Positions 57,301-64,000 of a stretch of 64,000 nucleotides of DNA are shown here, in pieces. Source of the stretch: Auanema rhodensis (Eukaryota; Animalia; Nematoda). The notes beneath the pieces were generated by a model. That model was not told the origin of the DNA, made no database searches, and saw nothing but the letters and a program-made list of their open reading frames with translations. The stretch spans positions 3,596,001-3,660,000 of the forward strand of contig OZ059897.1 of assembly GCA_964057225.1 (NCBI GenBank), given 5' to 3'. The position numbers and the translations under genes were made by a program. Position 1 is the stretch's first letter. The number at the start of each line of letters is the position of its first letter.

Positions 57301-60300
57301 CATCTACTTTTTGTGAAATTATTTAGAAATTTTTCGGGAAAATTTTTGTCAAAATGTTTTTGGAAGCAATGTTGAGTGTACATGGGAACTCAACATACAC
57401 TAATGCATTATTTTTCAAACGATCATAACTAATTTTTGTATAGAGCGTTTCTCAATGTAGTATAGTGCATTCGATGCGGATTTTTAAGCTGCGTTGATCT
57501 GTGTTATCAGATTTGAGTTAACTTAAAAATGCACCGAGATATCAACTGATATATGTTCACACTTATATCCTCGATTTTCACCCTGAAGAGATGATTTTTT
57601 CGTTGAATAACATTGTCCATCGTCTTCGTCTTGAAAAAAGGAATCTAAAAACATCTACTTTTTGTGAAATTATTTAGAAATTTTTCGGGAAAATTTTTGT
57701 CAAAATGTTTTTGGAAGCAATGTTGAGTGTACATGGGAACTCAACATACACTAATGCATTATTTTTCAAACGATCATAACTTATTTTTGTATAGAGCGTT
57801 TCTCAATGTAGTATAGTGCATTCGATGCGGATTTTTAAGCTGCGTGGATCTGTGTTATCAGATTTGAGTTAGCTTAAAAATGCACCGAGATATCAACTGA
57901 TATAGGTTCACACTTATATCCTCGATTTTCACCCTGAAGAAATGATTTTTTCGTTGAAAAACATTGTCCATCGTATTCGTCTTGAAAAAAGGAATCTAAA
58001 AACATCTACTTTTTGTGAAATTATTTAGAAATTTTTCGGGAAAATTTTTGTCAAAATGTTTTTGGAAGCAATGTTGAGTTTACATGGGAACTCAACATAC
58101 ACTAATGCATTATTTTTCAAACGATCATAACTAATTTTTGTATAGAGCGTTTCTCAATGTGGTATAGTGCATTCGATGCGGATTTTTAAGCTGCGTTGAT
58201 CTGTGTTATCAGATTTGAGTTAACTTAAAAATGCACCGAGATATCAACTGATATATGTTCACACTTATATCTTCGATTTTCACCCTGAAGAGATGATTTT
58301 TTCGTTGAATAACATTGTCCATCGTCTTCGTCTTGAAAAAAGGAATCTAAAAACATCTACTTTTTGTGAAATTATTTAGAAATTTTTCGGGAAAATTTTT
58401 GTCAAAATGTTTTTGGAAGCAATGTTGAGTGTACATGGGAACTCAACATACACTAATGCATTATTTTTCAAACGATCATAACTTATTTTTGTATAGAGCG
58501 TTTCTCAATGTAGTATAGTGCATTCGATGCGGATTTTTAAGCTGCGTGGATCTGTGTTATCAGATTTGAGTTAGCTTAAAAATGCACCGAGATATCAACT
58601 GATATAGGTTCACACTTATATCCTCGATTTTCACCCTGAAGAAATGATTTTTTCGTTGAAAAACATTGTCCATCGTATTCGTCTTGAAAAAAGGAATCTA
58701 AAAACATCTACTTTTTGTGAAATTATTTAGAAATTTTTCGGGAAAATTTTTGTCAAAATGTTTTTGGAAGCAATGTTGAGTTTACATGGGAACTCAACAT
58801 ACACTAATGCATTATTTTTCAAACGATCATAACTAATTTTTGTATAGAGCGTTTCTCAATGTAGTATAGTGCATTCGATGCGGATTTTTAAGCTGCGTTG
58901 ATCTGTGTTATCAGATTTGAGTTAACTTAAAAATGCACCGAGATATCAACTGATATATGTTCACACTCATATCCCCGATTATCACCCTGAAGAATTGATT
59001 TTTTCGTTGAAAAACATTGTCCATCGTATTTTTCTTGAAAAAAGGAATCTAAAAACATCTACTTTTTGTGAAATTATTTAGAAATTTTTCGGGAAAATTT
59101 TTGTCAAAATGTTTTTGGAAGCAATGTTGAGTGTACATGGGAACTCAACATACACTAATGCATTATTTTTCAAACGATCATAACTAATTCTTGTATAGAG
59201 CGTTTCTCAATGTAGTATAGTGCATTCGATGCGGATTTTTAAGCTGCGTTGATCTGTGTTATCAGATTTGAGTTAGCTTAAAAATGCACCGAGATATCAA
59301 CTGATATATGTTCACACTTATATCCTCGATTTTCACCCTGAAGAAATGATTTTTTCGTTGAATAACATTGTCCATCGTCTTCGTCTTGAAAAAAGGAATC
59401 TAAAAACATCTACTTTTTGTGAAATTATTTAGAAATTTTTCGGGAAAATTTTTGTCAAAATGTTTTTGGAAGCAATGTTGAGTGTACATGGGAACTCAAC
59501 ATACACTAATGCATTATTTTTCAAACGATCATAACTAATTTTTGTATAGAGCGTTTCTCAATGTGGTATAGTGCATTCGATGCGGATTTTTAAGCTGCGT
59601 TGATCTGTGTTATCAGATTTGAGTTAACTTAAAAATGCACCGAGATATCAACTGATATATGTTCACACTTATATCCTCGATTTTCACCCTGAAGAGATGA
59701 TTTTTTCGTTGAATAACATTGTCCATCGTCTTCGTCTTGAAAAAAGGAATCTAAAAACATCTACTTTTTGTGAAATTATTTAGAAATTTTTCGGGAAAAT
59801 TTTTGTCAAAATGTTTTTGGAAGCAATGTTGAGTGTACATGGGAACTCAACATACACTAATGCATTATTTTTCAAACGATCATAACTAATTTTTGTATAG
59901 AGCGTTTCTCAATGTGGTATAGTGCATTCGATGCGGATTTTTAAGCTGCGTCGATCTGTGTTATCCGATTTGAGCTAGCTTGAAAATGTACCGAGATATC
60001 AACTGATATATGTTCACACTTATATCCTCGATTTTCACCCTGAAGAAATGATTTTTTCGTTGAATAACATTGTCCATCGTCTTAGTCTTGAAAAAAGGAA
60101 ACTGAAAACATCTACTTTTTGTGAAATTATTTAGAAATTTTTCGGGAAAATTTTTGTCAAAATGTTTTTGGAAGCAATATTGAGTGTACATGGGAACTCA
60201 ACATACACTAATGCATTATTTTTCAAACGATCATAACTAATTTTTGTAAATAGCGTTTCTCAATGTAGTATAGTGCATTCGATGCGGATTTTTAAGCTGC

Positions 60301-63300
60301 GTGGATCTGTGTTATCAGATTTGAGTTAGCTTAAAAATGCACCGAGATATCAACTGATATAGGTTCACACTTATATCCTCGATTTTCACCCTGAAGAAAT
60401 GATTTTTTCGTTGAAAAACATTGTCCATCGTATTCGTCTTGAAAAAAGGAATCTAAAAACATCTACTTTTTGTGAAATTATTTAGAAATTTTTCGGGAAA
60501 ATTTTTGTCAAAATGTTTTTGGAAGCAATGTTGAGTTTACATGGGAACTCAACATACACTAATGCATTATTTTTCAAACGATCATAACTAATTTTTGTAT
60601 AGAGCGTTTCTCAATGTAGTATAGTGCATTCGATGCGGATTTTTAAGCTGCGTTGATCTGTGTTATCAGATTTGAGTTAACTTAAAAATGCACCGAGATA
60701 TCAACTGATATATGTTCACACTCATATCCCCGATTATCACCCTGAAGAATTGATTTTTTCGTTGAAAAACATTGTCCATCGTATTTTTCTTGAAAAAAGG
60801 AATCTAAAAACATCTACTTTTTGTGAAATTATTTAGAAATTTTTCGGGAAAATTTGTCAAAATGTTTTTGGAAGCAATGTTGAGTGTACATGGGAACTCA
60901 ACATACACTAATGCATTATTTTTCAAACGATCATAACTAATTCTTGTATAGAGCGTTTCTCAATGTAGTATAGTGCATTCGATGCGGATTTTTAAGCTGC
61001 GTTGATCTGTGTTATCAGATTTGAGTTAGCTTAAAAATGCACCGAGATATCAACTGATATATGTTCACACTTATATCCTCGATTTTCACCCTGAAGAAAT
61101 GATTTTTTCGTTGAATAACATTGTCCATCGTCTTCGTCTTGAAAAAAGGAATCTAAAAACATCTACTTTTTGTGAAATTATTTAGAAATTTTTCGGGAAA
61201 ATTTTTGTCAAAATGTTTTTGGAAGCAATGTTGAGTGTACATGGGAACTCAACATACACTAATGCATTATTTTTCAAACGATCATAACTAATTTTTGTAT
61301 AGAGCGTTTCTCAATGTGGTATAGTGCATTCGATGCGGATTTTTAAGCTGCGTTGATCTGTGTTATCAGATTTGAGTTAACTTAAAAATGCACCGAGATA
61401 TCAACTGATATATGTTCACACTTATATCCTCGATTTTCACCCTGAAGAGATGATTTTTTCGTTGAATAACATTGTCCATCGTCTTCGTCTTGAAAAAAGG
61501 AATCTAAAAACATCTACTTTTTGTGAAATTATTTAGAAATTTTTCGGGAAAATTTTTGTCAAAATGTTTTTGGAAGCAATGTTGAGTGTACATGGGAACT
61601 CAACATACACTAATGCATTATTTTTCAAACGATCATAACTAATTTTTGTATAGAGCGTTTCTCAATGTGGTATAGTGCATTCGATGCGGATTTTTAAGCT
61701 GCGTTGATCTGTGTTATCAGATTTGAGTTAACTTAAAAATGCACCGAGATATCAACTGATATATGTTCACACTTATATCCTCGATTTTCACCTTGAAGAG
61801 ATGATTTTTTCGTTGAATAACATTGTCCATCGTCTTTGTCTTGAAAAAAGGAATCTAAAAACATCTACTTTTTGTGAAATTATTTAGAAATTTTTCGGGA
61901 AAATTTTTGTCAAAATGTTTTTGGAAGCAATGTTGAGTGTACATGGGAACTCAACATACACTAATGCATTATTTTTCAAACGATCATAACTTATTTTTGT
62001 ATAGAGCGTTTCTCAATGTAGTATAGTGCATTCGATGCGGATTTTTAAGCTGCGTGGATCTGTGTTATCAGATTTGAGTTAGCTTAAAAATGCACCGAGA
62101 TATCAACTGATATATGTTCACACTTATATCCTCGATTTTCACCCTGAAGAAATGATTTTTTCGTTGAATAACATTGTCCATCGTCTTCGTCTTGAAAAAA
62201 GGAATCTAAAAACATCTACTTTTTGTGAAATTATTCAGAAATTTTTCGGGAAAATTTTTGTCAAAATGTTTTTGGAAGCAATGTTGAGTGTACATGGGAA
62301 CTCAACATACACTAATGCATTATTTTTCAAACGATCATAACTAATTTTTGTATAGAGCGTTTCTCAATGTAGTATAGTGCATTCGATGCGGATTTTTAAG
62401 CTGCGTTGATCTGTGTTATCAGATTTGAGTTAACTTAAAAATGCACCGAGATATCAACTGATATATGTTCACACTTATATCCTCGATTTTCACCCTGAAG
62501 AGATGATTTTTTCGTTGAATAACATTGTCCATCGTCTTCGTCTTGAAAAAAGGAATCTAAAAACATCTACTTTTTGTGAAATTATTTAGAAATTTTTCGG
62601 GAAAATTTTTGTCAAAATGTTTTTGGAAGCAATGTTGAGTGTACATGGGAACTCAACATACACTAATGCATTATTTTTCAAACGATCATAACTTATTTTT
62701 GTATAGAGCGTTTCTCAATGTAGTATAGTGCATTCGATGCGGATTTTTAAGCTGCGTGGATCTGTGTTATCAGATTTGAGTTAGCTTAAAAATGCACCGA
62801 GATATCAACTGATATAGGTTCACACTTATATCCTCGATTTTTACCCTGAAGAAATGATTTTTTCGTTGAAAAACATTGTCCATCGTATTCGTCTTGAAAA
62901 AAGGAATCTAAAAACATCTACTTTTTGTGAAATTATTTAGAAATTTTTCGGGAAAATTTTTGTCAAAATGTTTTTGGAAGCAATGTTGAGTTTACATGGG
63001 AACTCAACATACACTAATGCATTATTTTTCAAACGATCATATCTAATTTTTGTATAGAGCGTTTCTCAATGTGGTATAGTGCATTCGATGCGGATTTTTA
63101 AGCTGCGTTGATCTGTGTTATCAGATTTGAGTTAACTTAAAAATGCACCGAGATATCAACTGATATATGTTCACACTTATATCCTCGATTTTCACCCTGA
63201 AGAGATGATTTTTTCGTTGAATAACATTGTCCATCGTCTTCGTCTTGAAAAAAGGAATCTAAAAACATCTACTTTTTGTGAAATTATTTAGAAATTTTTC

Positions 63301-64000
63301 GGGAAAATTTTTGTCAAAATGTTTTTGGAAGCAATGTTGAGTGTACATGGGAACTCAACATACACTAATGCATTATTTTTCAAACGATCATAACTTATTT
63401 TTGTATAGAGCGTTTCTCAATGTAGTATAGTGCATTCGATGCGGATTTTTAAGCTGCGTGGATCTGTGTTATCAGATTTGAGTTAGCTTAAAAATGCACC
63501 GAGATATCAACTGATATAGGTTCACACATATATCCTCGATTTTCACCCTGAAGAAATGATTTTTTCGTTGAAAAACATTGTCCATCGTATTCGTCTTGAA
63601 AAAAGGAATCTAAAAACATCTACTTTTTGTGAAATTATTTAGAAATTTTTCGGGAAAATTTTTGTCAAAATGTTTTTGGAAGCAATGTTGAGTTTACATG
63701 GGAACTCAACATACACTAATGCATTATTTTTCAAACGATCATAACTAATTTTTGTATAGAGCGTTTCTCAATGTAGTATAGTGCATTCGATGCGGATTTT
63801 TAAGCTGCGTTGATCTGTGTTATCAGATTTGAGTTAACTTAAAAATGCACCGAGATATCAACTGATATATGTTCACACTCATATCCCCGATTATCACCCT
63901 GAAGAATTGATTTTTTCGTTGAAAAACATTGTCCATCGTATTTTTCTTGAAAAAAGGAATCTAAAAACATCTACTTTTTGTGAAATTATTTAGAAATTTT
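51312..64000 (+). repeat. Copy 2 of the block duplication (truncated by window end)
   Basis: It matches 25010-37698 at an offset of 26,302 = 75x351 - 23, where 23 is the 2+2+19 bp of intervening deletions. Confidence 0.93.

Larger units (their letters stand above)
1..64000 (+). repeat. Tandem satellite DNA array, 351-bp monomer, 182 full copies plus one partial, single orientation
   Basis: ACCGAGATATCAACTGATAT recurs at 1, 352, 703, 1054 ... 63849. 182x351 minus the 34 bp of deletions I counted (7x1, 4x2, 1x19) predicts the last start at 63849, as observed. No unique sequence lies between copies. Confidence 0.99.

Noticed and set aside
1028-60191. Minus-strand 75/76-aa ORFs (MYTQ...KLTQI) as genes
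   Set aside because: They are the same satellite sequence read antisense, open only in two variant haplotypes. Their composition mirrors A/T tracts, and there is no gene context.
2164-62340. Plus-strand 62-aa ORFs (MIFSL...FFKRS) as a multicopy gene family
   Set aside because: They lie wholly within the satellite monomer and exist only in copies with the TAG>CAG SNP. Some start at TTG. I recognise no domain, and most monomers carry the stop.
1-64000. CRISPR array or other repeat-spacer system, with the 28-bp palindrome as repeat
   Set aside because: The sequence between palindromes is near-identical in every unit, so there are no unique spacers. There is no leader and no cas gene.
1-64000. 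Assignment to a named ~350-360-bp satellite such as Drosophila 1.688/359-bp or tenebrionid beetle satellites
   Set aside because: Only length and AT content are similar. I cannot confirm sequence homology without a search.
1-64000. Transposon insertion, strand inversion or telomeric repeat within the array
   Set aside because: The monomer phase is accounted for to the base across the window with 34 bp of total deletions, leaving no room for foreign or inverted sequence.

Overview
The whole 64 kb window is one uninterrupted head-to-tail array of a 351-bp AT-rich satellite monomer (about 31% GC by hand count of monomer 1). It holds 182 complete copies plus a 152-bp partial copy, all in the same orientation, and runs off both ends of the window. 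I see no genes, RNA genes, transposon insertions, inversions or CRISPR array. The ORF-track entries are two satellite reading frames that open only when a SNP removes a stop codon. This looks like eukaryotic heterochromatic, possibly (peri)centromeric, satellite DNA, but I cannot name the family or organism. I found no new protein-coding system. The real signal is structural. (1) The monomer is rich in dyad symmetry and A/T tracts. (2) Diagnostic SNPs reveal nested higher-order repeats whose unit size keeps changing (2, 3, 4, 5, 8, 14 monomers). (3) A near-identical duplication of at least 12.7 kb sits at an offset of 26,302 bp (75 monomers). (4) There are chimeric monomers, a probable gene-conversion tract and one 19-bp deletion. 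Monomers are numbered M1-M183 from the ACCGAGATAT start at position 1. All typing was by eye and needs alignment to confirm.
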